Position numbers and translations under genes: made by a program. A DNA stretch of 64,000 nt, taken from a virus. Its lineage: Duplodnaviria > Caudoviricetes. The notes under the pieces were generated by a model. It was not told where the DNA came from, made no database searches, and saw nothing but the letters and a program-made list of their open reading frames with translations. Below, one piece after another: positions 19,789 through 28,973 of this stretch (positions within the stretch are counted from its first letter, which is position 1; each line of letters opens with the position of its first letter). Location of the stretch: IMG/VR virus record IMGVR_UViG_3300032295_002421, positions 14,630-78,629 of that record. One strand, 5' to 3'.

Positions 19789-19945
19789 TGTAGTTGATCT
19801 AGTAGATCGTATAGAAGAAATGTTTACTGATATGCCTGATAAAAGAAAGAAGAAGGAATATCAAGAATGGAAAGTAACTATCAATAAGTTAATAGAAGAA
19901 GTAAATAAAATGTCAAAGATAAAAATGTATTCAACCATTAAATAA
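19781..19945 (+). CDS. Small hypothetical protein (54 aa)
   Basis: MPNVVDLVDRIEE...STIK*, read by hand. Confidence 0.5.
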   Translation: MPNVVDLVDRIEEMFTDMPDKRKKKEYQEWKVTINKLIEEVNKMSKIKMYSTIK

Positions 19946-19951
19946 AAAGTT

Positions 19952-20335
19952 ATGGCGTACAGTCGTTTCGGATCCAGCCGTTGGTACACTTATTGGTATG
20001 AAGATTATAGTTCAGGAATAAAGTTTCCTACTAAAAAAGAAAAGAGGAAACAAATGTTTATGATCCATGACTTTCCTACGTATATAATTACATACGGGGA
20101 ACTACAAGATAAAGGGATAGGTAGAATATGGGATGACATAAGATTATTCTATTGGACTGATACAGAAGAGTTTAAAGCAAAGAAACCTTCTGAAACTGAA
20201 ATGCGTGAACTAATGGATTATATTTTTCAATGGGAAAAAGATGTGAATAAATATTTTAAATTATTTAATTTTATAAAATATGAATGGTATTATCCATTAA
20301 GAATTAAAATAAAAAATTATGGAAAAAAATTATAA
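19952..20335 (+). CDS. Hypothetical protein
   Basis: ORF track; AAAAGTTATG context. Confidence 0.65.
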   Translation: MAYSRFGSSRWYTYWYEDYSSGIKFPTKKEKRKQMFMIHDFPTYIITYGELQDKGIGRIWDDIRLFYWTDTEEFKAKKPSETEMRELMDYIFQWEKDVNKYFKLFNFIKYEWYYPLRIKIKNYGKKL

Positions 20336-20549
20336 GCAACACAATTCTGGACACTATCTAGAATTAGCAGATAGACTGTGTGTAATCATGGGTAATATAG
20401 ATGAATATTGTTATGATCACCCTGCTTCTAATGATGAGATTAAAAAACTTATAGATGAAGCAATGAAGAATCTTTGGGATGCATATCAAATAACAGGAGT
20501 AAACATATGTGAATATTCCGGACTAAGAGGATTAGAAGGATACGAGTAA
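20319..20549 (+). CDS. Hypothetical protein
   Basis: ORF track. Confidence 0.6.
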   Translation: MEKNYKQHNSGHYLELADRLCVIMGNIDEYCYDHPASNDEIKKLIDEAMKNLWDAYQITGVNICEYSGLRGLEGYE

Positions 20550-20590
20550 GCGCGGCCGCGGGTAGGGCACTTTTCGAGAGGGCCTAAAAA
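20549..20590. other. GC-rich intergenic island
   Basis: GCGCGGCCGCGGGTAGGGCACTTTTCGAGAGGGCC in an otherwise very AT-rich genome. Confidence 0.6.
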
Positions 20591-20708
20591 ATACCATAAA
20601 TACAAATATGCCAGAAACTACACTACAAGAAGTCCTAACCATAATATTAATATGGGAAATAACAAGACTCATACTAAGAAAGCTATGGTATAAAATAATA
20701 AACAGACT

Positions 20709-20894
20709 ATGAATTGGAATGACCCAAGAATCTCTAAGATCATAGAACTAGAACTAAGAGTAACTAGAGCTGTGATCAACGGACATCGACCGGCCGAAAA
20801 CGACGAATACGAAAATGATAGATTAGAAATTCAAAAACTAAGAAAAGAAATAGAGAATGAAAACAGAAGCAACAGAGATCATCAAAGCAGTTAG
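20709..20894 (+). CDS. Hypothetical protein
   Basis: ORF track. Confidence 0.5.
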   Translation: MNWNDPRISKIIELELRVTRAVINGHRPAENDEYENDRLEIQKLRKEIENENRSNRDHQSS

Positions 20895-21066
20895 GTTTAT
20901 AATTGAAAACAAATTCGGTGAACCAGGTTGTAAAGAACCGGAGCATATATTACTAGAAAGGTCTAAGATAGTTACTAGGTATATAATAGGCAGAGTATTA
21001 AAAACAGACTTAGATCCAAAGTATCTAGTAGAGTTACAAGAAGAGATTGACTCACTAAAAAGTTAG
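20857..21066 (+). CDS. Hypothetical protein
   Basis: ORF track. Confidence 0.55.
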   Translation: MKTEATEIIKAVRFIIENKFGEPGCKEPEHILLERSKIVTRYIIGRVLKTDLDPKYLVELQEEIDSLKS

Positions 21067-21120
21067 AATTTCTCTGGTCCGTGAAATGTCATATATTTGA
21101 TATATATAAAAATTGTAAAA

Positions 21121-21315
21121 ATGAGAAACACCAAGTTAATTACAATCCTATTGTTAATAGTAGGATCAATACTATTTACAGGTTGTATAACAAGTAAAAG
21201 AAATAGTAGTTGTTTAAATCCTAAAAGTAAAGGATACAAATATACACCTAGACTTCAAGGAAACCAAAAGTGGAACTACAAAAAATACATGGGCCCGAAA
21301 AGGAAAGTGAAATGA
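21121..21315 (+). CDS. Small putative lipoprotein
   Basis: MRNTK + hydrophobic LITILLLIVGSIL + FTG-C lipobox. Confidence 0.6.
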   Translation: MRNTKLITILLLIVGSILFTGCITSKRNSSCLNPKSKGYKYTPRLQGNQKWNYKKYMGPKRKVK

Positions 21316-21593
21316 CAAGACAAGAAATAAAAGCAAATAAAGAGAGAACTCTTCTTAAAGAACTTATCGATAAGATGTTTGAGATAGCAGGTCATGATCT
21401 TAAGTTTGAAGATGTAGAAGGTAGGACTGATAATTGGTTCCAACAGTATACAATGACTGAAGAACAGAATAAGGAATGGAGAGAATGGGGAACTAAGCAT
21501 ATTAAAAAGAAGAAACGTTACTATTCGAAAATAGCATCTCGCGAAATGGCGTTCCTTGATTTATATTGTGGACTTAAAATTGAAAACAAATAA
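21312..21593 (+). CDS. Hypothetical protein
   Basis: Start reset to MTRQEIK at 21312. Confidence 0.65.
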   Translation: MTRQEIKANKERTLLKELIDKMFEIAGHDLKFEDVEGRTDNWFQQYTMTEEQNKEWREWGTKHIKKKKRYYSKIASREMAFLDLYCGLKIENK

Positions 21594-21594
21594 C

Positions 21595-21831
21595 ATGGCA
21601 CAACAAGATATAATGCAAGACGGTACACCTTATCCATTTGCATCTGGACCAGTAGATGATGGATATAAATTACCTATTAATAATTCACAAAAAGACTGGT
21701 TTAAGGTAGAAAATGGAAGATTAAAACATGTGTTTGAGTTACATACTCGAGGTGGTTTTTTATGGAGGTTATGGTTTTTGATATCGGCTCCAATAATTTG
21801 GTTAGTTAAAGGTGAAATTAAAATTAAATAA
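21595..21831 (+). CDS. Hypothetical protein with C-terminal hydrophobic segment
   Basis: Start reset to MAQQDI at 21595. Confidence 0.55.
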   Translation: MAQQDIMQDGTPYPFASGPVDDGYKLPINNSQKDWFKVENGRLKHVFELHTRGGFLWRLWFLISAPIIWLVKGEIKIK

Positions 21832-21833
21832 CT

Positions 21834-22304
21834 ATGATAGCAGTATTACTAATTAAACATGAAGGAGAAGATAGACTCTTAAATAAATGTTTGGCTTCAT
21901 TAGAACAACAAACAAATAAAGAGTTTAAAGTCTATGAGACTAATCCTGAGTCTATTAATCAGACTATTCAATCTATACTAGGTGAAGGTTTGAAATACAT
22001 TTGCTATTTGGATAGCTATGACTATTATTTGCCTGAACATATTGATACAGTATATAAGGCAATAGCAAGGGCAAAGACTAGATACATCTATACTATTTCT
22101 AAAGTGGTTAGATATAAAGATTGTGGTGGTGCTTGTTGTATTGAGGATGAAGTTCCTAGAATTACAGAGAAGATGTTTGATGAAAGAGTAGTTGATATTA
22201 ATAGTGTGATTAGATCAGCTATTTGTTTGAACTACGATTTTGAAGAATCAAATACTGCAACACAAGTAAACATAATTACTGTGACGCATAGATTAAGTGA
22301 CTAG
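21834..22304 (+). CDS. Short GT2-like glycosyltransferase fragment
   Basis: LNKCLASLEQQT and YICYLDSYDYYLPEHI resemble the GT2 N-terminal fold; short, canonical DD altered. Confidence 0.5.
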   Translation: MIAVLLIKHEGEDRLLNKCLASLEQQTNKEFKVYETNPESINQTIQSILGEGLKYICYLDSYDYYLPEHIDTVYKAIARAKTRYIYTISKVVRYKDCGGACCIEDEVPRITEKMFDERVVDINSVIRSAICLNYDFEESNTATQVNIITVTHRLSD

Positions 22305-22555
22305 ACTTTCTTTATTATGGATTTAATGTCACAATAGCAAGAGTTAGCGCCATGTGCTATAGCCATTAAAATCCACATTAAAGTCATTTCATTTAAACCT
22401 AAAAATGTTTTTACTTCAATCTCTTGTGAAATAGAATCTGGTGAACAGTGGATTATAGATGGAGTTGGTTCGTAAAAATAAAAAGCAAGAAGAAGAAAAG
22501 ATACAGATACCCAATACCTTAAAAAATAGTATATAAATTTATTTAGCATATACAA
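22301..22555 (-). CDS. Small membrane protein
   Basis: Two hydrophobic segments; only minus-strand ORF filling this gap. Confidence 0.5.
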   Translation of the reverse strand: MYMLNKFIYYFLRYWVSVSFLLLAFYFYEPTPSIIHCSPDSISQEIEVKTFLGLNEMTLMWILMAIAHGANSCYCDIKSIIKKV

Positions 22556-22566
22556 ATAAATATAAA

Positions 22567-23121
22567 ATGAAAGTAAATAGGGAAGATCTTAAGTGGTACA
22601 TAGACAATGTTAAGTACAACTATCCTAACTCAACACCTGAAGAGTTTGTTGATCACCTTGCTAATTACATTGAGATGAATCCAGGTTGTATTGATGTGAA
22701 TGGTAAAGCAAGACGCGGTAGATATTATTATTCAACCGTAGGTTATGGAGTATTCAGTTTGTTTGGTGAGAAATACAGAATGGGTAGGATTGAAATATTT
22801 GATAAAAAAACTGAATCGGGATATCAAGTAGATGAAGGAATCTATAGCCTACCTCATGAAGTTGCAAAACAATTTGAAGACTTTATTGAATCAATTGAAA
22901 CAGATCTACCAATTGAAATAAAAATAGGTTCACATGAATGGTGTGAAGAGGAATGTGCTAAGTCACTTGGCTTTACTGATAGTGATCAGATGAGAGAACC
23001 TGAAGCAGTTAAAGCTTATCAAAGAAAAAAGAATGATGAATATGCTAAGTCACAAGGATATAAAGATTGGGATGATCTAGTAGCTAATTCTAAATGGTCA
23101 AAGAAAAAGAATGAAAAATAA
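22567..23121 (+). CDS. Hypothetical protein
   Basis: 184-aa ORF. Confidence 0.7.
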   Translation: MKVNREDLKWYIDNVKYNYPNSTPEEFVDHLANYIEMNPGCIDVNGKARRGRYYYSTVGYGVFSLFGEKYRMGRIEIFDKKTESGYQVDEGIYSLPHEVAKQFEDFIESIETDLPIEIKIGSHEWCEEECAKSLGFTDSDQMREPEAVKAYQRKKNDEYAKSQGYKDWDDLVANSKWSKKKNEK

Positions 23122-23209
23122 AATAATAAAGTTTTTTAAAGACATATTCTTAGGCTTTAAAATAGCAGAAGAACTTAAGAAGAAAAGTCAATGGGGTAAA
23201 TTCTAAGTT

Positions 23210-23521
23210 ATGAAATTAGAAACGCTTACTAAAATTATAGGCACATTAAAGAATCAAAGTGAAGTAACTAATCAACTGTACAGACTTAATGTAGATTTAG
23301 TTGAGTTTGCAGATCCTTATGAATCAGTAATTACTATACTAATTAAAGAGATTTATGGAGAAGAAGGTTATGATTGGTTTAGTTGGTTTTGTTATGACTG
23401 TGATTTTGGTAGCAAATATAGTAAGAAAGATCCTGGTGCATGGGATAAAGATAACAATCCTATTTGCTACGACATAGAATCACTTTGGAATTGTTTAGAA
23501 ACTGAATATAAAATAAAATAA
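23210..23521 (+). CDS. Hypothetical protein
   Basis: DWFSWFCYDCDFG motif. Confidence 0.65.
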   Translation: MKLETLTKIIGTLKNQSEVTNQLYRLNVDLVEFADPYESVITILIKEIYGEEGYDWFSWFCYDCDFGSKYSKKDPGAWDKDNNPICYDIESLWNCLETEYKIK

Positions 23522-23522
23522 T

Positions 23523-23717
23523 ATGGCAACACTTATTGCAACAATCGCTCTTGTATTTCTATTTGCAGGCATTCAACATGCGGCTAATTGGATGGTTAGA
23601 AAAGTTTATAAAGATGTCTATGGACAAAGAGATGCCTCGTCTGTGATGATCGTGGTCATTCTGGCGGTGGTCCTGAGCGTCTTTTGTGTCCAAATGATCA
23701 TACTTTTGAACCAATAA
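23523..23717 (+). CDS. Small 2-TM membrane protein
   Basis: Two hydrophobic helices. Confidence 0.55.
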   Translation: MATLIATIALVFLFAGIQHAANWMVRKVYKDVYGQRDASSVMIVVILAVVLSVFCVQMIILLNQ

Positions 23718-23721
23718 TGGC

Positions 23722-23881
23722 ATAAGTTATTGATTTTCAATCACTTACATAACTAATTGATTATCAACAAGTTATAACTTATTGATTTTCAATCGACAAT
23801 TTTTGAAAAAGATCAAAAAAAATTTTTTTATATCAAAAATATGTCTTAATTTTACTATGTATCAAATCAATAATGAATATG
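23722..23881 (+). repeat. Early-promoter cassette copy 3
   Basis: Units at 23722, 23749, 23774; core at 23842. Confidence 0.9.
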
Positions 23882-24112
23882 CTTAGTAACTACAGAATGA
23901 ACCTCCCGCAATTGACAGCCGCTCTCAGAAGCAGATGCTTGAACAGGACTGCGGATTATTTTGAATCTTTTAAGAATGACGATACTGTCACTCTAGATGG
24001 TCTGTACATAGACAAATCATTTGTTAGACGTCATATCGGACCTGGCGACTTAATGCTAAACCTTGAATGCGAAGTTACTTCTTACATTTTTGGTGTCCAT
24101 ATCGAAGCCTAA
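23873..24112 (+). CDS. Early hypothetical protein
   Basis: Starts inside cassette 3 (MNM...). Confidence 0.6.
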   Translation: MNMLSNYRMNLPQLTAALRSRCLNRTADYFESFKNDDTVTLDGLYIDKSFVRRHIGPGDLMLNLECEVTSYIFGVHIEA

Positions 24113-24137
24113 TCTTTAATCAATCAAAATAATCAAT

Positions 24138-24341
24138 ATGAGCTTTAAGAAATATAACGAGAATTTAAGAATGGTATCAGTTGACGGAGTAGACTACGCA
24201 AAGTCGTACAGTACATTAGTAGCTAGAGTAGAAGACAAAAAGTTGATCGAACTTGGTCGTTGGTCTAAGACTACCACAAAACATGTGAACTACGTGGCTA
24301 AGCAGCTCGGTCTTGAATTGATAAGATTTAGTAACAATTAA
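24138..24341 (+). CDS. Conserved small phage protein
   Basis: SYSTLVA...WSKTTTKHVNY. Confidence 0.7.
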   Translation: MSFKKYNENLRMVSVDGVDYAKSYSTLVARVEDKKLIELGRWSKTTTKHVNYVAKQLGLELIRFSNN

Positions 24342-24352
24342 AATTTTATAAT

Positions 24353-24556
24353 ATGTGTAAGAATGAATTAGAAAAAATGGTCCGCATGAGCCAAGAAGAA
24401 TACATGCAACAGAATCCTAATTACGAACCTATGTTCCCTAAAGGATGGGATGATGATAGTAGGTGGCCAGAGTTTAAGTATGACTATGACTCTTTCAGAT
24501 CCACTCAAATTGCTATCGACCACCATTTAGAGGTTATGGCAGGTTGTTGGGACTAA
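24353..24556 (+). CDS. Hypothetical protein
   Basis: ORF track. Confidence 0.55.
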   Translation: MCKNELEKMVRMSQEEYMQQNPNYEPMFPKGWDDDSRWPEFKYDYDSFRSTQIAIDHHLEVMAGCWD

Positions 24557-24582
24557 TATTAATCAAAAAAACAATAAAAGTT

Positions 24583-24867
24583 ATGCAAGACATTAATTAT
24601 CCAGTTGGGTTCACCATTTTCAAGTTAGACGAAGATAAAGAAGAGTATACCATTACAGGTAATATAGCCAAGGCATATAAATTTAGAGATTTTGAAAGTG
24701 CTTATGATTTGGAAGAATATATAAATAAGCACATAGATTGTTCAGGTATTGCTTTTGACTCCGAATACTGCCAGTTTTTTGCTTATGCTAAAACTGTAGA
24801 TCGAGCAAAGAAATTTGTCGAGGATATAACTACTTGGGTAGTTAAAGTAAAAGAATTAGTAGATTAA
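24583..24867 (+). CDS. Hypothetical protein
   Basis: Start reset to MQDINY at 24583. Confidence 0.6.
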   Translation: MQDINYPVGFTIFKLDEDKEEYTITGNIAKAYKFRDFESAYDLEEYINKHIDCSGIAFDSEYCQFFAYAKTVDRAKKFVEDITTWVVKVKELVD

Positions 24868-24888
24868 AAAATTAAAACAATAAAGGTT

Positions 24889-25083
24889 ATGAATTACAAA
24901 ATGAAATTGAGTGACTTAAAAGAAATGGACGGACTTTACTACATAGCAGATATTGTAGACGTAGATGGTAGTCCTTGGGTTAGTAAAGAGTTCGCACTAC
25001 AAACTTTAGATCTAGTGAACGCTGAAATGAATCAGCCGGTATTTGAAGACTTCGGAGATGATCTATTTGAAGATGAGTTCTAA
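24889..25083 (+). CDS. Small acidic hypothetical protein
   Basis: ORF track. Confidence 0.55.
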   Translation: MNYKMKLSDLKEMDGLYYIADIVDVDGSPWVSKEFALQTLDLVNAEMNQPVFEDFGDDLFEDEF

Positions 25084-25109
25084 AAAAACTTATCTACTCT
25101 AAAGATAGA

Positions 25110-25145
25110 TTTTTATACAACAAAAAAATGTCTTAATTTACATTT
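25110..25145 (+). promoter_or_regulatory. Early-type promoter core lacking the IHF-box array
   Basis: TGTCTTAATTTAC at 25129, one T shorter than the cassette core. Confidence 0.5.
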
Positions 25146-25170
25146 ATATTAAAAAACAAAAAAAGCAGTT

Positions 25171-25416
25171 ATGCAAAATTCAAATCGCCCGAGCTCTTAC
25201 ACTAAATTGAGCTACATTCAGAAAGTTAGTCGTGTAAACAGAAAGCTCCGTCTTGGAGACGTAACTAGAGTTGCTGAGACAACCGGTTTTTCTACCACTC
25301 ATGTGGCAGACGTACTAACAGGTAAGTACTTCAACGATCGTATCGTTAATGAAGCTTACGACATGACACGTGGACGTAAGTCTAATGTGTACAAGCTTTC
25401 TAGCTTGGAGGCTTAA
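25171..25416 (+). CDS. Small HTH DNA-binding protein
   Basis: GDVTRVAETTGFSTTHVADVLTG matches the HTH pattern; basic. Confidence 0.6.
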   Translation: MQNSNRPSSYTKLSYIQKVSRVNRKLRLGDVTRVAETTGFSTTHVADVLTGKYFNDRIVNEAYDMTRGRKSNVYKLSSLEA

Positions 25417-25442
25417 TAACCTCACTCATTATTGATTATTTC

Positions 25443-25472
25443 GGCCTGGATCTCTATCCGGGCCTCTTTTTT
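25443..25472 (+). terminator. Rho-independent terminator
   Basis: GGCCTGGAT-ctct-ATCCGGGCC 9-bp stem followed by T-run. Confidence 0.85.
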
Positions 25473-25630
25473 ATAACTGGTTGATTATCAATACTTTATA
25501 ACTGATTGATTTTCAACCACTTATAACTGATTGATTTTCAATCGAGAATTTTCAAAAAAAGACTAAAAAGATTTTTTTATTTGACTGGAATGTCTTAATT
25601 TTACTATGTAACAAATCAATAATGAATATG
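25473..25630 (+). repeat. Early-promoter cassette copy 4
   Basis: Units at 25473, 25498, 25523; core at 25591. Confidence 0.9.
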
Positions 25631-26038
25631 AACAAGATTATCAACACCCTCGGACTCGGAACCTGCAACTTTATCAGAGAACAAAAAGGATCTTACAGGA
25701 TCGTCTACAAATGCCAAGCCGGGTTCATGAGTATTGCGGAAGCAAAATATAACGATGACATGGCTAATAATTTCGGACCTGCTCAACTGTTGTCTAGTTG
25801 GAAAAAGGGTTCACTTCAAACTATCCAATTCATGGCAGAAGGCGGACAGCACTGGCTTACTGTATTCGCTAGAAAAGGTAAGAAGGTTGTCGTGATCGAT
25901 GAGGAGATACTTAAAGATCTTACTGTCGGTACTATCAATTCTTATTGGATTGACACGAATCTGTATTCTCAAAAACAGTATGCGTATGTCAATGCTAAGA
26001 ATTGGGCATGTAAAGCATTCGTAATGAATGCCGCCTAA
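25622..26038 (+). CDS. Early hypothetical protein
   Basis: Starts inside cassette 4 (MNM...). Confidence 0.7.
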   Translation: MNMNKIINTLGLGTCNFIREQKGSYRIVYKCQAGFMSIAEAKYNDDMANNFGPAQLLSSWKKGSLQTIQFMAEGGQHWLTVFARKGKKVVVIDEEILKDLTVGTINSYWIDTNLYSQKQYAYVNAKNWACKAFVMNAA

Positions 26039-26076
26039 TTTCCAACTAATTAATTAACCAACAAAATTATCAATAT

Positions 26077-26292
26077 ATGTTTAGAGAAGGAATTTACAGA
26101 CGTTCAGATCTTATTGTACTTGAAACAATCGAACAGGCTTGGGATGGTGACGAGCTAGTCATAAACTCAGGAGACGAGAAAGTATGGTTGACTCATCGTG
26201 AGAATCGTGCTTACAATGGAGACTATACACTTGAGACTTTATGTCCTATCAGTGGAAAGTGGGAGCAAGAATCATTTTCGTTCAAACAATAA
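26077..26292 (+). CDS. Hypothetical protein
   Basis: ORF track. Confidence 0.55.
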   Translation: MFREGIYRRSDLIVLETIEQAWDGDELVINSGDEKVWLTHRENRAYNGDYTLETLCPISGKWEQESFSFKQ

Positions 26293-26301
26293 AATTGTAA
26301 T

Positions 26302-26526
26302 ATGAAAGTCAAATACACGCCAGGAACACCTGAAGGATTGGTAGGTAAAACCCATACAGTAGAAATAATAGGCCTGAAGATCTCTAAGATCAGAGGAGTG
26401 CTTAATAAGCCACTGATCCAACAGGTGAGAATTAAATATAAAGATGGTAAGACTGAATGGATTGATGGAATGAAATTATATAGCGATACACAGCCAAGTA
26501 AATTTTTAGAACATTATCAATATTAA
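26302..26526 (+). CDS. Hypothetical protein
   Basis: ORF track. Confidence 0.55.
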   Translation: MKVKYTPGTPEGLVGKTHTVEIIGLKISKIRGVLNKPLIQQVRIKYKDGKTEWIDGMKLYSDTQPSKFLEHYQY

Positions 26527-26537
26527 AATATAAAGTT

Positions 26538-26744
26538 ATGGCAACATTAATTAAAAAAGCTGAAAAAGCCGTAAGAGAATTTAAGGTAGGAGATCTTATT
26601 TGTTGGAGTACTTATTTCCATGACGGAAGATCTTATGAGACAACGTACTACAGTGGTACAGTAACTAAAGTCAACCGAGTCAATCTGATTGCAGAAGACA
26701 AAGAAGGAAATACTTGGAAAGTAGAAAAGGAGGAAGTAATATGA
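26538..26744 (+). CDS. Small SH3/KOW-like hypothetical protein
   Basis: FKVGDLI...GTVTKVNRVN. Confidence 0.55.
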   Translation: MATLIKKAEKAVREFKVGDLICWSTYFHDGRSYETTYYSGTVTKVNRVNLIAEDKEGNTWKVEKEEVI

Positions 26745-27121
26745 AAATAGAAGTATCAACTGGAGAGATCCTAGACAAGTTCTCTATCTTAATCATTAAG
26801 AGATCTAATATTATGGATGATGCCAAGCTAGACAACATCCAGAAGGAGATAGATGAATTACTTCCTATGTTCATTAGTATTACTTGCAAAGATAAAAAAG
26901 TCTATGACAAATATATTGATCTTGCAATAGTTAACAAAGAACTTTGGAGTATAGAAGATGATATCCGAGAATGTGAGAGACAAAAAGACTTTGGAGATAA
27001 GTTTGTCCAATTGGCCAGATTTGTGTATATTAGGAATGACGAGAGAGCCAAGATCAAGAAGGAGATAAACCTATTGACTAATTCAGATATAGTGGAAGAG
27101 AAGTCTTATGAATCCTATTAA
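26741..27121 (+). CDS. DUF6165-like protein
   Basis: IEVSTGEILDKFSIL.IK...LWSIEDDIRECE...F..LAR.VY..ND.RA.IK..IN...S...EEKSY; start reset to 26741. Confidence 0.7.
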   Translation: MKIEVSTGEILDKFSILIIKRSNIMDDAKLDNIQKEIDELLPMFISITCKDKKVYDKYIDLAIVNKELWSIEDDIRECERQKDFGDKFVQLARFVYIRNDERAKIKKEINLLTNSDIVEEKSYESY

Positions 27122-27130
27122 ATAAAAGTT

Positions 27131-27367
27131 ATGACAGCAAAAGAAAAAGCAACCAAATTAATTTCAATGTCTGAGCTAATCATATTGGCAGAGACGGGGC
27201 ATAAGCTAAACGTAAAAGAACGTAAAGATATTGCTAAGCGTCATGCAATTAATTGTTGCGATGAAGTATTAGGAGAAACATCTAATAAGCATTTTATAAT
27301 AGGAAGAAATGGTGCAAGCGGTGTAGAATATTGGGAAAAAGTAAAACAAGAATTAGAAAATTTATAA
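27131..27367 (+). CDS. Conserved small phage protein
   Basis: MTAKEKA...CDEVL...YWEKVKQEL. Confidence 0.65.
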   Translation: MTAKEKATKLISMSELIILAETGHKLNVKERKDIAKRHAINCCDEVLGETSNKHFIIGRNGASGVEYWEKVKQELENL

Positions 27368-27368
27368 T

Positions 27369-27527
27369 ATGGAAAATTTAGACAAAGCAAAGACAGCATA
27401 CAATACTCTATTAAAGAGTGGAATGTTCTATGAGTTCTATCCTCAATTGACAGGTAACTGGGATGAGGATAAGGACTTTTGGTTCGAGGAATATATGGAA
27501 CAAATGGAAAGAATGAAAAACAGATAG
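27369..27527 (+). CDS. Small hypothetical protein (52 aa)
   Basis: LLKSGMFYEFYPQLTGNWDEDK, read by hand. Confidence 0.55.
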   Translation: MENLDKAKTAYNTLLKSGMFYEFYPQLTGNWDEDKDFWFEEYMEQMERMKNR

Positions 27528-27529
27528 GG

Positions 27530-27916
27530 ATGGATAAAGAACAACAAAAACAAATTCTAATAGATATTATGAATGAAGATCAGAAAGATGGATTGTATGA
27601 AATACGCCCAGGACTCTTAACGTATGATGAAGGAAAGTGGACTATGTATACTGTTTGTCATAATGGATTATGGTCTGAAGGTATTCCACTTCATCCGAAT
27701 GAACATAGAATTTGGATGCACAAATATCAAATGGGAGAAGTTCCTACTCAAGGTAAGAAGATAGACTATCAAGTTGAATATGGTACTGGAGTTGTTTATG
27801 CTATTACCGATCTTAAGAAGCCTAACACTTCAACTATAGGATCCAAGTTAGATCTGATCCTAGAAGAGATTGACAAGATCAAATGGATGCTAAGAGATTT
27901 AGATAGTAGAGTCTAA
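27530..27916 (+). CDS. Hypothetical protein
   Basis: Start reset to MDKEQQKQ at 27530. Confidence 0.6.
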   Translation: MDKEQQKQILIDIMNEDQKDGLYEIRPGLLTYDEGKWTMYTVCHNGLWSEGIPLHPNEHRIWMHKYQMGEVPTQGKKIDYQVEYGTGVVYAITDLKKPNTSTIGSKLDLILEEIDKIKWMLRDLDSRV

Positions 27917-27940
27917 AGATATTTATATAAAAAGATCAGG

Positions 27941-28972
27941 ATGAAATTAAGACAACTACTCGAAGACCTTACTCTAGAGTTAAATATGCCTAAGCCAGAA
28001 GATGCCTACAAGTTTGATAAGATAGCATCTAAGAATTTAGGATACGGAGATTATTACAAGTACGCCTATACGAATGTTAAGGGAGATCCTATGGAAGTAA
28101 CTGTACTATCTACCAAGAAACCAAAGGATCCTGGAATTACACTCTATGTGGCATTTGGTGCAGACGTTACTGCTCAAGGTACTAAGACTGATTTTATTCC
28201 TGATCCTGGTAATGAAGACCCGGATGAAGAAGATAAGTACGATCAAAAGACAGGAGCTGGAGATGTATTGAAAGTTCTGGCTACCGTGGTCCAAGCTGTA
28301 AAGAATACTGTTAACAAGGTTGGAGGTATGGATAAGATATACGCAATGGCATGGTCACCAACAGATCCTAAAAGAGCAAATGTATACGACCACTACGTAC
28401 AAACCCTGTTCCCAACCTTTAAGAAGGATCTACAAATGTCTAGGCATTCTTTTAAGTACTATATCAACCAAGACTTCAAAGGTAAGGAAGTAAATGAGAT
28501 TGGATTGGACAGTGAAAAGATGAAGCCATATAGATTTACTACAGTAGAAGATGGAGAAGATCGTAGAGTATATTCTTTTAAAACCGATAGCGGTCTTGAT
28601 TATATGGTTGAATTGGAAGAAGAAGTAGATGATGATCTTGGTATGGTATTGTATATAAACTTTGGAGTGTTTGATAAAGATGATGTTGGAGCAGGATCAA
28701 ACCAAAATGTGGTAACAAATAAGGGAGAACAATATAGAGTAATGAATACCATTGCTGCCATAGTAAAAGAAGACTTAGCCATTAATTCATATATCAAATA
28801 CATAACATTTAATCCTGCTAAAAGAAAACTTCCTAATCCTATAAGTGGAAAAGAAAGAGATATAGATTCTAACTCAAGAGCGAAGCTGTACATGAAATAT
28901 ATTATAGGCAGACTTCCTAATGCTAAAGAGATAGATGATCCTAAATACCCAATCCTCATAAAGATTAAATAG
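27941..28972 (+). CDS. Probable virion-internal protein with two copies of a repeated domain
   Basis: MKLRQLLE N-terminus; late motif at 27919; domains separated by VNE. Confidence 0.7.
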   Translation: MKLRQLLEDLTLELNMPKPEDAYKFDKIASKNLGYGDYYKYAYTNVKGDPMEVTVLSTKKPKDPGITLYVAFGADVTAQGTKTDFIPDPGNEDPDEEDKYDQKTGAGDVLKVLATVVQAVKNTVNKVGGMDKIYAMAWSPTDPKRANVYDHYVQTLFPTFKKDLQMSRHSFKYYINQDFKGKEVNEIGLDSEKMKPYRFTTVEDGEDRRVYSFKTDSGLDYMVELEEEVDDDLGMVLYINFGVFDKDDVGAGSNQNVVTNKGEQYRVMNTIAAIVKEDLAINSYIKYITFNPAKRKLPNPISGKERDIDSNSRAKLYMKYIIGRLPNAKEIDDPKYPILIKIK

Positions 28973-28973
28973 A

